From: Desulfurococcales archaeon
Lineage (GTDB): Archaea > Thermoproteota > Thermoprotei_A > Sulfolobales > Desulfurococcaceae
DNA length: 64,000 nucleotides
Reading direction: 5' to 3'
Assembly: GCA_027022365.1 (NCBI GenBank)
Contig: JALVYU010000007.1
Location: 1 to 64,000 of the forward strand
The position numbers were made by a program, and so were the translations under genes. Below are positions 25,293 through 33,452 of the stretch, in pieces. The first letter of the stretch is position 1. Each line of letters starts with the position of its first letter. Under the pieces are notes generated by a model, which saw nothing but the letters and a program-made list of their open reading frames with translations, was not told the DNA's origin and made no database searches.

Positions 25293-25597
25293 TACTGTGC
25301 ACCCACGACCCGGCGGACAAGCTCATCGACGGCTTGATCTATTTTCGCTCTTCCTTTTCTCCTGATTTCCTCTGCCTGGGCATATGCTTCATTAAGGATT
25401 TTTTCTGCTTCTCTCTTTGCTTCTTCTACTAATTTTTCTGCTTCTTTCTTAAACTCCTCCGTGGGTATGGGGGCTGATAGTATTTGTTCAGCCCTCGTTT
25501 TCGCCTTCTTTATTATTTCATCGGCTTTCTTTCTAGCCTCTTCAATGATTCTATCGGCTTCCCTCTCGATCTCCTCTATATTCAAGCTGTCACTCAA
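25292..25597 (-). CDS. atpH: A/V-type ATP synthase peripheral stalk subunit H/G
   Basis: E/K/A-rich coiled coil of 101 aa directly before atpI. Confidence 0.82.
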   Translation of the reverse strand: MSDSLNIEEIEREADRIIEEARKKADEIIKKAKTRAEQILSAPIPTEEFKKEAEKLVEEAKREAEKILNEAYAQAEEIRRKGRAKIDQAVDELVRRVVGAQ

Positions 25598-25624
25598 TAA
25601 TCTACACCATCACGCGTGGTCGTC

Positions 25625-26047
25625 TCATGTAGGGGTAAAAATAATCGTTGTTGTGGTTCTTAGGCGTGTTCGTAATTCATATAATTGAGGCCTGTAAAAT
25701 ATAAGCTCTCCTTTCCCGCTATGGTCCAGGCCCAGTATTTTTGCCACCGCAAGAGCAGCTACTGGGTCACGTATTCTGTAGACGCCCTCGCCTAGAGATG
25801 GTGAAGACTCTATGATTATGGGTATCTTGATAAGGCAGACCTTATCGCCGAGAATATTTCTTAGTAGTTGTAGCTCTCTCTTGTCGATTAGATGTGTTGT
25901 ACCATCCCTTAGGACTATGTATGGAGGATTCATATCTATGAGATCACATAGACTTATCCGCCTGTATGGCATGTGCTTATTAATGATCCTGAGCTCGTCC
26001 TTAAGGGCCTTTAGCACCATGTCATCGAGATCGGGATCGAGGCTCAT
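25625..26047 (-). CDS. DUF61 (UPF0216) family protein
   Basis: ELRIINKHMP.RRISL.DL...P.IVLRDGTTHLIDKREL pattern. Confidence 0.8.
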   Translation of the reverse strand: MSLDPDLDDMVLKALKDELRIINKHMPYRRISLCDLIDMNPPYIVLRDGTTHLIDKRELQLLRNILGDKVCLIKIPIIIESSPSLGEGVYRIRDPVAALAVAKILGLDHSGKGELIFYRPQLYELRTRLRTTTTIIFTPT

Positions 26048-26667
26048 TTCCTACCACGCTTTTTCTCAAGCATACTCTTAACTCGTTTTAGCCTGGCTTT
26101 TTCTTCTCGCTCCCTCTCCTCAAACTTCATGGAAAGATAGCGTATGGTTTTCTCGAGCCTCGGTATAACTATATACTCTAACGCGTTGACTTTTCTTTTG
26201 GTTCTACCTATTTCTTTGCCCAAACTGATTATTGCCTGCTCGGTCCTGCCTAGATCTATGATCATAGTGATTATCTTGATGGCTTCTCTCGAGAACTCGT
26301 CAAGACCGGGGGGAAGAGACACGAGGATCTCGGGCTCCTTCACAACAGCACTGACCGAACGGACACCCATAATGTTTTCGTGTCCCACATAAACCCTCAT
26401 TCCATTCTTTAAGGATGAACGTAGAAAGGAGTATGATTTATCACCATAAGTGCCCGTCAACAGTATTGCCTTATTATAGACTGATGATATATACTTGTTC
26501 AACTCCAACCTGAAATTATATGCCTCACGAACACGTGTAAGGAACTCATTAACAAGTATGGTTAATCTTTCCCTGAGAATCCTATGAACCTTTTTAGCCA
26601 GGTCCCTGCGTCTACGTAGCTTGATCAGCTCTATCTTTGTCGCCCTAACCCTCATCAACGAAGACAT
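26044..26667 (-). CDS. atpD: A/V-type ATP synthase subunit D
   Basis: ATKIELIKL, NIMGV, EIGRTKRKVNALEYIVIP, EEREREEKARLK. Confidence 0.95.
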   Translation of the reverse strand: MSSLMRVRATKIELIKLRRRRDLAKKVHRILRERLTILVNEFLTRVREAYNFRLELNKYISSVYNKAILLTGTYGDKSYSFLRSSLKNGMRVYVGHENIMGVRSVSAVVKEPEILVSLPPGLDEFSREAIKIITMIIDLGRTEQAIISLGKEIGRTKRKVNALEYIVIPRLEKTIRYLSMKFEEREREEKARLKRVKSMLEKKRGRK

Positions 26668-26690
26668 AGCGGCATCAACGCCCCTAAGAT

Positions 26691-26698
26691 ATTTAAAA
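26691..26698 (-). promoter_or_regulatory. TATA box of ATP synthase operon (leaderless atpD)
   Basis: TTTTAAAT on the minus strand, about 25 nt upstream of the atpD ATG. Confidence 0.6.
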
Positions 26699-26809
26699 CA
26701 ATATATTCGAACATATGCAATAACTTCAGAATTAGATGTAGATAGCTAGAGAGTAAAAAGAGTTGCTTACTCTAATAATCATCGTAGTGATATCTTTAAC
26801 AGTATTTTT

Positions 26810-26826
26810 GGAAAAAGAAAAATTGT
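26810..26826 (-). terminator. Oligo-T terminator after small peptide ORF
   Basis: Minus strand ACAATTTTTCTTTTTCC about 12 nt after the TAA at 26838. Confidence 0.5.
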
Positions 26827-26837
26827 TTTTAACGAGA

Positions 26838-26966
26838 TTAAAATACTGGATCGTCCGGGACAGGATCTCCTCCGGGCCTAGGTCCTAATAGGTATTCAGG
26901 TCTAATTGTGGTCATGGTTTTATTCCTCTTCTCCTTTAGTGTTTTGATGAGGGTTTTGATGCTCAT
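26838..26966 (-). CDS. Unannotated 42-aa peptide MSIKTLIKTLKEKRNKTMTTIRPEYLLGPRPGGDPVPDDPVF (alternative start ATG 26915, 25 aa)
   Basis: Manually translated ORF below the 60-aa track cutoff; upstream TATA (27043-27050), downstream T-tract, GC-rich 3' half inside AT-rich intergenic DNA; AAGGAG/GAGG before the second ATG. Confidence 0.65.
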   Translation of the reverse strand: MSIKTLIKTLKEKRNKTMTTIRPEYLLGPRPGGDPVPDDPVF

Positions 26967-26982
26967 TTTGGGTCGAGAATAG

Positions 26983-27048
26983 ATATGCAAACGATCTTAC
27001 CTGTATGTTCGCTCAATGAAAAAATCCGCCAATATGCAAAAGATTTAA
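26983..27048. repeat. Two imperfect direct repeats ATATGCAAA(C/A)GAT(C/T)T(T/A)A, putative operators
   Basis: 26983-26999 and 27032-27048, 14/17 identical; the second overlaps the TATA box; core ATATGCAA recurs at 26713-26720. Confidence 0.5.
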
Positions 27049-27062
27049 AAACAGGATTTGGT

Positions 27063-27413
27063 CTAGGCCTTTAAAACATTTTTAAGGTAGAATTCATAGG
27101 TATTGTCTCCCGCCCTACGATAATAGACTGCATAGTAAGCAGGGTGGGAAGAGCCTGGGGAATAGAGCTCAACAACAATTGTGTCCTTACATCCTGGAGT
27201 TTCCCCCACTATTGTGCACTCATTAGCATTTTCACGAATAGCTGCTTCGAAGCCGTACGGGGTCAGCACGTTGTTTATCATAATTGCTAGCCGTTCCATA
27301 AGATATTCGTCGATTATTTCAATATATTCGCGTGTAGTCCAATCACTTGGTCCTTCAAACGAGACAGATATCTTCAGTATCTTTTTAAGCGTGTTAATAT
27401 CCTCTGAAGACAT
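27063..27413 (-). CDS. Hypothetical protein
   Basis: 116-aa ORF translationally coupled (TGATG) to the NUDIX gene. Confidence 0.7.
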   Translation of the reverse strand: MSSEDINTLKKILKISVSFEGPSDWTTREYIEIIDEYLMERLAIMINNVLTPYGFEAAIRENANECTIVGETPGCKDTIVVELYSPGSSHPAYYAVYYRRAGDNTYEFYLKNVLKA

Positions 27414-27988
27414 CAGTCTTCACCTAGTGAGTCTTTCCAGAAGAAGTTCGCATAGTACAGGATCAGCATTGCAGTTTTCAGATCCACGATTTGATTATTC
27501 TTTATCATGTCTAGGGCATCTGTCAAATTCACAACTGTCGGGGTTATAACTTCATAAGGTTCTGGACGCATACCAACATATTCGAGCTTCCTCGCGATGA
27601 AGAAGTGCATTTTTTCAGTACTATAGCCTGGTACGGGGTAGTAGTAGCCTAGAGGTATGAGTTCACCGGGCTCGTAACCGATCTCCTCTATTAATTCCCT
27701 CCTTGCAGCTTCTTTGGGTAGCTCATTTTCCTCAACAACACCAGCAGGGACTTCATATATATAATCATTAATCGCAGCCCTATATTGTCTTATTAATATA
27801 ATTCTATCAGACGTTAGTACCGGGAGTATAATGACTGATTCCGGAAAGACCACAATATCTCGTTCAACATGCTTGTTATCGATTTCCAATAATCTTCTTA
27901 CGACATTGAACCTAAGACCTCTGAATAACTCTGTGTCTTTTATTACTTTTATGTACGGAACACTGTTTTTTCCCACTATTCCATTCAC
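27413..27988 (-). CDS. NUDIX hydrolase (ADP-ribose pyrophosphatase-like)
   Basis: RQYR, EVPAGVVEENELPKEAARRELIEEIG Nudix box, PGYSTE. Confidence 0.92.
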   Translation of the reverse strand: MNGIVGKNSVPYIKVIKDTELFRGLRFNVVRRLLEIDNKHVERDIVVFPESVIILPVLTSDRIILIRQYRAAINDYIYEVPAGVVEENELPKEAARRELIEEIGYEPGELIPLGYYYPVPGYSTEKMHFFIARKLEYVGMRPEPYEVITPTVVNLTDALDMIKNNQIVDLKTAMLILYYANFFWKDSLGED

Positions 27989-28059
27989 CTCGTTGTCGGA
28001 TTCATTTTTAAAGTAGGAAATATTGGAAAATAAATAGTATTCAATGATATATCAATAAA

Positions 28060-29334
28060 ATGCATGGAAAACACCTTTATCAAATCCGTGAAATGGAAAC
28101 GGTGGAGATATTGTATAAAAATGTAGAGGATTTGGAAAGAAGATATATTAAGGCTTTCAAGGAAAGTGTGAGAAAACTTTCTATGATATGCGGCACGGAT
28201 CTGGGTGAATTTGTTGATAAACTTACAAAGGTTAGTCGTATAGGTTTTTACTCATATATAGCCAAGGAACTTGGAATAAAGGAGAGACTAGTTTATTCGT
28301 ATGTACGCAAACTTCAAAAGAATGGTTTCAAGTTCACAGTAGATATAAACTTGAAAAGAATCGGATTATACAAATATTTCATTCATATACCCCAATTAAT
28401 TGATTTCAATGTTATTAGGAATAACGAAACAATCGCGTGGCTAAATTATTATTCGATAACATTAAACCCTATAGGTACTTTATTAACATATTTCATTCCA
28501 TATAACTTAAAAGACGAGCTTTTAAGGAAAATAAATAGCTTCATAATGAAATTAGCTGAAAAAGTGAAAGATAAAGGAATCTTCATTCATTTTTATATAA
28601 GTTATAGACATCAGCCTATTTTTCATAAATCTCCTTTTAGCCAACATAGGTTTATTCACGGCTTTCTTTTTGATGAAATTATCGAATTATTTGAAAATAG
28701 TCGGTTAGATGATATTGTGTTTAAATACATTATAGACGAGTTAAACACTAGGTTTTCATCGCCTTATGATGCTGTGGATCTGATCATATTAAAAGAATAT
28801 GATATTGATGCATTTACGACTGTGCAGAGTATAGCTAAAAAATATCCTATATCTCAGAGGATTATATTGAAGCATCTAAATAACCATATTAACAACAAAA
28901 AGATTATACGGGGTCTCTTCTTAAAGTCAAGCATTTATTCATCTTTTCTTTTCAAGTTTTTAGGGGTCTTTTTATTTTTGAATGACTTGAGTAATGCTAT
29001 TAAAGTATTTAATTTCTTCAGAAACTTTGATTATTCGTTGAGTATTAACCTAGGTATTCCTGACGAGATCATGCGTGAACAAAACTATGAATTCATTATA
29101 TCCGTTCAAGTGGCTGTTCCTCAGTTAAGGGTTTATGAGTTCCTGAAGTTTCTAGATTATCTTTACAGACATGACTATATTGTGAGTTATAAACTGTATG
29201 AGTTTCTTCCGGATACATTTGTTAGGTTTACTATTCCTTATCTTAATTTTGATCAGGAGCGTAAGGATTGGACGTTGGATGTTAAGAACGTTCAAGAGTT
29301 GTTGATGAGGAGATTTATGATTCCCCGTATTTAG
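28060..29334 (+). CDS. Large tandem Lrp/AsnC-like (double wHTH) transcriptional regulator
   Basis: HTH1 YIAKELGIKERLVYSYVRKLQKNG...INLKRIGL; HTH2 DAVDLIILKEYDIDAFTTVQSIAKKYPIS..IILKHL..HI; C-terminal RFTIPY..FD...W. Confidence 0.75.
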   Translation: MHGKHLYQIREMETVEILYKNVEDLERRYIKAFKESVRKLSMICGTDLGEFVDKLTKVSRIGFYSYIAKELGIKERLVYSYVRKLQKNGFKFTVDINLKRIGLYKYFIHIPQLIDFNVIRNNETIAWLNYYSITLNPIGTLLTYFIPYNLKDELLRKINSFIMKLAEKVKDKGIFIHFYISYRHQPIFHKSPFSQHRFIHGFLFDEIIELFENSRLDDIVFKYIIDELNTRFSSPYDAVDLIILKEYDIDAFTTVQSIAKKYPISQRIILKHLNNHINNKKIIRGLFLKSSIYSSFLFKFLGVFLFLNDLSNAIKVFNFFRNFDYSLSINLGIPDEIMREQNYEFIISVQVAVPQLRVYEFLKFLDYLYRHDYIVSYKLYEFLPDTFVRFTIPYLNFDQERKDWTLDVKNVQELLMRRFMIPRI

Positions 29335-29406
29335 GTCGCTTTTGATTTTAAGCTTAAAAACGGTGTATGGTAACTTCTATGTGAAAGGCTATGTTGCGGT
29401 GATGCG

Positions 29407-30522
29407 GTGATGGAAGTTGAAGGTCGTTTTTCCAGGATGTTTTCTCCCGGAATTTCTATCGTCCTTAGGGGGGTTATCTATACGGGTGTTCTATTGGTTG
29501 CACTGTTGCTTTGTGTAGTTGGTAATGTATATGTTGGGATTAAGCCGTTTCTTCTCCAGGACTTTATATCATCGCTTGGATATACTGGGGGATTATCAGT
29601 ACTTATTACCGCCTTAATACTCTTTCTGGCTGTAATAATACCTTTCCTAGTGTTAATAAGCAGGAATGGACTTATGATGGGATATATACGGACAACTATA
29701 ATCTCCTCAACTATCTTGGTATTAATGGTACTAGGTATTACGTGGTATCGTGTTTACCGTGAAGGAGTCCCGACTACACAGGATACTATAGCCACTATAA
29801 TGCTGTTGTCGATGCTTATAGCTCTAGTCATACTGGATCGAAAATACCCATACATAGCAGTTAAAGCAGAGACTAACAGGCTCCCCAAGGATTATCTAGC
29901 TATTGTTAAGGTCTATGGCGATATTAACGGTTTTGAGATACATCCAGTACCTGTGAACTCGTTCAGCATACGAGGCCCCTTCAAGACGCTTTATGCCCAC
30001 TATTATGAGTTACATTATATGGCTGGTAAATCTGCATCAATAACCCTGAAGTACAGGGGCATAGAGATTGGGAGGATTAATATTTCTGGGGCACAATTAC
30101 CGCTCAGACGAATACGGTTCAAGGCTTTTGTAAACGACGATGATATAGGCGTATATGAATATACCGTCGAAGTCCTTAAGTCTCTTGACATAGCATCTGA
30201 GCCTGTCGTCAAGGCCGTTGCCGCGAAGATCGGAATAGACGTAGATCAGATCCGCGAGGTAATGTTTTTTGACTCCAATGGATCGCCGCTAGATCCCAAG
30301 ATTCTGATCAAGGATCTGAACGGAGATGAAGTCCAGGTAAAGATATACTTTACAGAGCCTTATATGGAGATCCTGAAGTACTACCGCAAAGAATCGATTA
30401 TAAACCTATGGGATAAGTTGATGAAACGCCTGGAGATCTATGGCGAACTCGTTGATGATTTAGCAGAAAACCTCGATAAAGCTCTTACGAAACTGGTAAG
30501 CCTGTCTGTTAACTGGTGGTAG
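29407..30522 (+). CDS. Hypothetical membrane protein (4 N-terminal TM helices, soluble C-terminal part with possible ubiquitin-like fold)
   Basis: Hydrophobic segments within residues ~15-145; see findings. Confidence 0.7.
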   Translation: MMEVEGRFSRMFSPGISIVLRGVIYTGVLLVALLLCVVGNVYVGIKPFLLQDFISSLGYTGGLSVLITALILFLAVIIPFLVLISRNGLMMGYIRTTIISSTILVLMVLGITWYRVYREGVPTTQDTIATIMLLSMLIALVILDRKYPYIAVKAETNRLPKDYLAIVKVYGDINGFEIHPVPVNSFSIRGPFKTLYAHYYELHYMAGKSASITLKYRGIEIGRINISGAQLPLRRIRFKAFVNDDDIGVYEYTVEVLKSLDIASEPVVKAVAAKIGIDVDQIREVMFFDSNGSPLDPKILIKDLNGDEVQVKIYFTEPYMEILKYYRKESIINLWDKLMKRLEIYGELVDDLAENLDKALTKLVSLSVNWW

Positions 30523-31916
30523 GTAAGTTGATCATAGTAACTGATAATGTGATTAAACGTTTCGGCGTTTTTCCAGGTGTAAAAATAGCTGTTGTAAAAA
30601 GACTCATGCATTTACCTAGTTCTATCAAACAGATATTTGTTGATGATGTTGGAATTGCTAGTTTGCCTAGAAGAATAGGTACTTCACGCTATGAGAGCCT
30701 GGAGTACTCTGTTGTTTTAGCTAAGAAATATATTAAGGGATTATTATATGAAGCAATAAATGTTATCATAATCGATGCAAGTTCAGGTTTTGACCTAGGC
30801 GTTTGCCTCGCAATACTCGAAGACATAAATAGGAACATTAACTCGTTAATGGGCAAGAAACTAAGAATAGTAGTCATAACACCCCCGCTTAATTCGAAAG
30901 AATACGTGTTGGCCAGATTTTACTCGTTTTTAAAGATAATGTTTATCTACGATATATTTCTCAATTCGTTGAACAATAATGTATTCACGTACACGTTCAT
31001 AGATGCCGATAACCCGGCACAACTGTTTAGGCTAATATCGCGATATTATAATTCACAGGAACAGCCCGGATCAGCAGTACTATATGAGCTCAAGAGATAC
31101 TACCTACCTATAAAGGACATGCTCGTCTTAATGAATGCTATAAATCATAGAGTAAAACTTGAAACAGTACTTTTATCTTCAAAGATGATCCTCGCTGTAT
31201 TAAATACTCTTCTAGACAAGGCACAGCCAGAGTTATGGGATTACGTCAAAAATAGAAAGTGGGCTATCAGGGACGTTATCTACAAGATCAGAAGGGGTTA
31301 TGACGAGATAATATCGGCTGATGATGCGATCGTTAGAACCATATCTGAAAATATGAAGCGGATAAAATTCACTGAGCTACTTGTTAATCCACGTAGAATA
31401 ATTGAGCTACTCATGCAGGGTATTCCGCAGAAAAAACTCTATGAACACTTGATTAGTGAGGCTGACTTCAAGAAGATCATTAGTGACGAGTCATTATTGC
31501 CTATAACCGAAACTATCACTCCTGGAAATGAGGATTGTAATGAATTAATACTAACAAATCATCAGTTAGCGGCTTATCTTAGAAAATATGGGGAGTTCGC
31601 CCGAATCGTGGAAAACGATGTGCTTGGCGATGAGATAATTAGGTTAAGAACTAGGCAAGCAGCTATATGTGAAGCATGTAGGGAGCCGTTCTACTCGAGG
31701 ATCAATAAGAAAATAGTTAATGCATATAATAGGTTATCAGAAATGTTTCACGACGCACTTTTCCCTTCGGAGATACGGATAGGTTCTACCGTTATCAATA
31801 GCTCGGTTCTCGCTAAATGCGAGTTAATCAACTATAATGCGTGGAGTGCTCTAGGAGAAAAACGGTACAGATATTGCCCCATCCTATATGATAAGCTAAA
31901 AGAAGCTGGAATATAA
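30516..31916 (+). CDS. Hypothetical protein, possibly degenerate tubulin/FtsZ-like
   Basis: 466-aa ORF overlapping the upstream stop; motif interpretation given in findings. Confidence 0.65.
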   Translation: MVGKLIIVTDNVIKRFGVFPGVKIAVVKRLMHLPSSIKQIFVDDVGIASLPRRIGTSRYESLEYSVVLAKKYIKGLLYEAINVIIIDASSGFDLGVCLAILEDINRNINSLMGKKLRIVVITPPLNSKEYVLARFYSFLKIMFIYDIFLNSLNNNVFTYTFIDADNPAQLFRLISRYYNSQEQPGSAVLYELKRYYLPIKDMLVLMNAINHRVKLETVLLSSKMILAVLNTLLDKAQPELWDYVKNRKWAIRDVIYKIRRGYDEIISADDAIVRTISENMKRIKFTELLVNPRRIIELLMQGIPQKKLYEHLISEADFKKIISDESLLPITETITPGNEDCNELILTNHQLAAYLRKYGEFARIVENDVLGDEIIRLRTRQAAICEACREPFYSRINKKIVNAYNRLSEMFHDALFPSEIRIGSTVINSSVLAKCELINYNAWSALGEKRYRYCPILYDKLKEAGI

Positions 31917-31993
31917 TGTATTTCTTGTGAGATGCGTCTAGAATTTATTGATAGCATGTTTTTCCGCATAATAACAAGCTCGGATGAGGTGAT

Positions 31994-32887
31994 ATGTTTA
32001 TGCCGAGACTACGGTTTGGGCCTGCAGGAAAACCGATCTCTTTTAAAAATATTGATCTTATCAGGATACCTGAAAAACTACGTGAGATGGGCCTAGATGC
32101 GATGGAGTATGAAGCAGTGAGGGGGGTCAAAATAAATGAGGAAAAAGCCAAGCTATTCGGTGAGGAGGCGAGGAGAAACGATATTCTCCTTAGTTTGCAT
32201 GCACCATACTTTATTAATCTGGCGAGCGCCAAGGAGAAAATAATTGAAAACAGTATCAGAAGGCTTAATGCATCTATACAAGCTGCTCACTGGATGGGAG
32301 CCTATGTTGTAGTGTTTCATCCTGGATATTATAAGGACGCATCATCGCATGACGAGGCATTGAAACGAGTCATACAGAACCTCGAACCGGTGGTAGAGTT
32401 TAGAAAAAGTATTGGAGCGAAAAATGTATGGCTAGGGCCTGAAACAACTGGTAAGATAACGCAGGTTGGAAGCCTAGATGAAGTGATCGAGATCTGTAGG
32501 AACGTTGAAGGAACGAGGCCTGTGATTGATTGGGCGCATCTGCATGCAAGAAGTATGGGCGAACACATAACAAGCATCGACCATGTAATCAACGTGATTG
32601 AGAAGATCGAGAAAGAACTGGGTACGTGGGCCGTCAAACCCCTCCATATGCACTTCTCTAGAATAGAATATGGAAAAGGAGGGGAACGCGTACACCATAT
32701 ACTAGACGATACAGATTTCGGCCCCGAGTTCGAACACGTGTGTAGAGGGGTAGTCGAGACAGGCGTGGACGGTGTCTTTATCAGTGAGAGCCCCATATTA
32801 GAAAAAGACGCGCTAGTGATGAAGAAGATCTGTATGGAAGTATGTGGTGTAAAGTGTTTTGCTAACGAGGCTAAGGAGAAAGGTTAA
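31994..32887 (+). CDS. nfo: Endonuclease IV (AP endonuclease family 2, TIM barrel)
   Basis: RFGPAG, LHAPYFINL, VFHPG, PETTGK, DWAHLHAR, HMHFS, ISESP. Confidence 0.92.
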   Translation: MFMPRLRFGPAGKPISFKNIDLIRIPEKLREMGLDAMEYEAVRGVKINEEKAKLFGEEARRNDILLSLHAPYFINLASAKEKIIENSIRRLNASIQAAHWMGAYVVVFHPGYYKDASSHDEALKRVIQNLEPVVEFRKSIGAKNVWLGPETTGKITQVGSLDEVIEICRNVEGTRPVIDWAHLHARSMGEHITSIDHVINVIEKIEKELGTWAVKPLHMHFSRIEYGKGGERVHHILDDTDFGPEFEHVCRGVVETGVDGVFISESPILEKDALVMKKICMEVCGVKCFANEAKEKG

Positions 32888-33452
32888 GAAACTATTTGAG
32901 ACTATAGCGGGGTTTCTCGCAGCTATAGGTATAGGCCCAAATACAATAACCATTTGTTCCCTTATCGTTTCTTCAACCGCTTTTCTCGCCATGTATTATT
33001 GGCATTCTATACCATTGTTCTTGGCAATGATACTTTTATCGGGCCTACTGGATGCACTTGATGGAGCCTTGGCAAGACTTACAGGCAAGACGACGCGTTT
33101 TGGCGCATTCTTAGATTCAACTATAGATAGGTTATCTGATACATTCTATATATTATCATACCTATCCCTCGGGGTAAACCCTCTACTTATAGGATTTCTC
33201 CTGTCTTTCTCGCTTCTTATCAGCTATACGCGGAGCAGAGCGGAGTCCCTCGGTATAAAAATGGAGGGAATAGGAATTATTGAGAGAGCTGAGAGGGTGT
33301 TATGGTTAGCGGGTACGGCGCTTCTTTATTATATAGGAAGAAGTGCCGTAACTATTTCTCTGGCCGTACTCTTACTGTTGTCTATCACAACTTTTATTCA
33401 AAGGATAAAACATGTTTACGACTCATTATCTCATAGCGCCGACAAATCATAG
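32859..33452 (+). CDS. CDP-alcohol phosphatidyltransferase (archaetidylinositol phosphate synthase-like)
   Basis: DALDGALAR...T.FGAFLDSTIDRLSD motif; SYTRSRAE. Confidence 0.92.
   Translation: MLTRLRRKVKKLFETIAGFLAAIGIGPNTITICSLIVSSTAFLAMYYWHSIPLFLAMILLSGLLDALDGALARLTGKTTRFGAFLDSTIDRLSDTFYILSYLSLGVNPLLIGFLLSFSLLISYTRSRAESLGIKMEGIGIIERAERVLWLAGTALLYYIGRSAVTISLAVLLLLSITTFIQRIKHVYDSLSHSADKS

Noticed and set aside
29346-29359. Palindrome TTTTAAGCTTAAAA
   Set aside because: Low complexity; most simply a terminator/TATA region between co-oriented genes.
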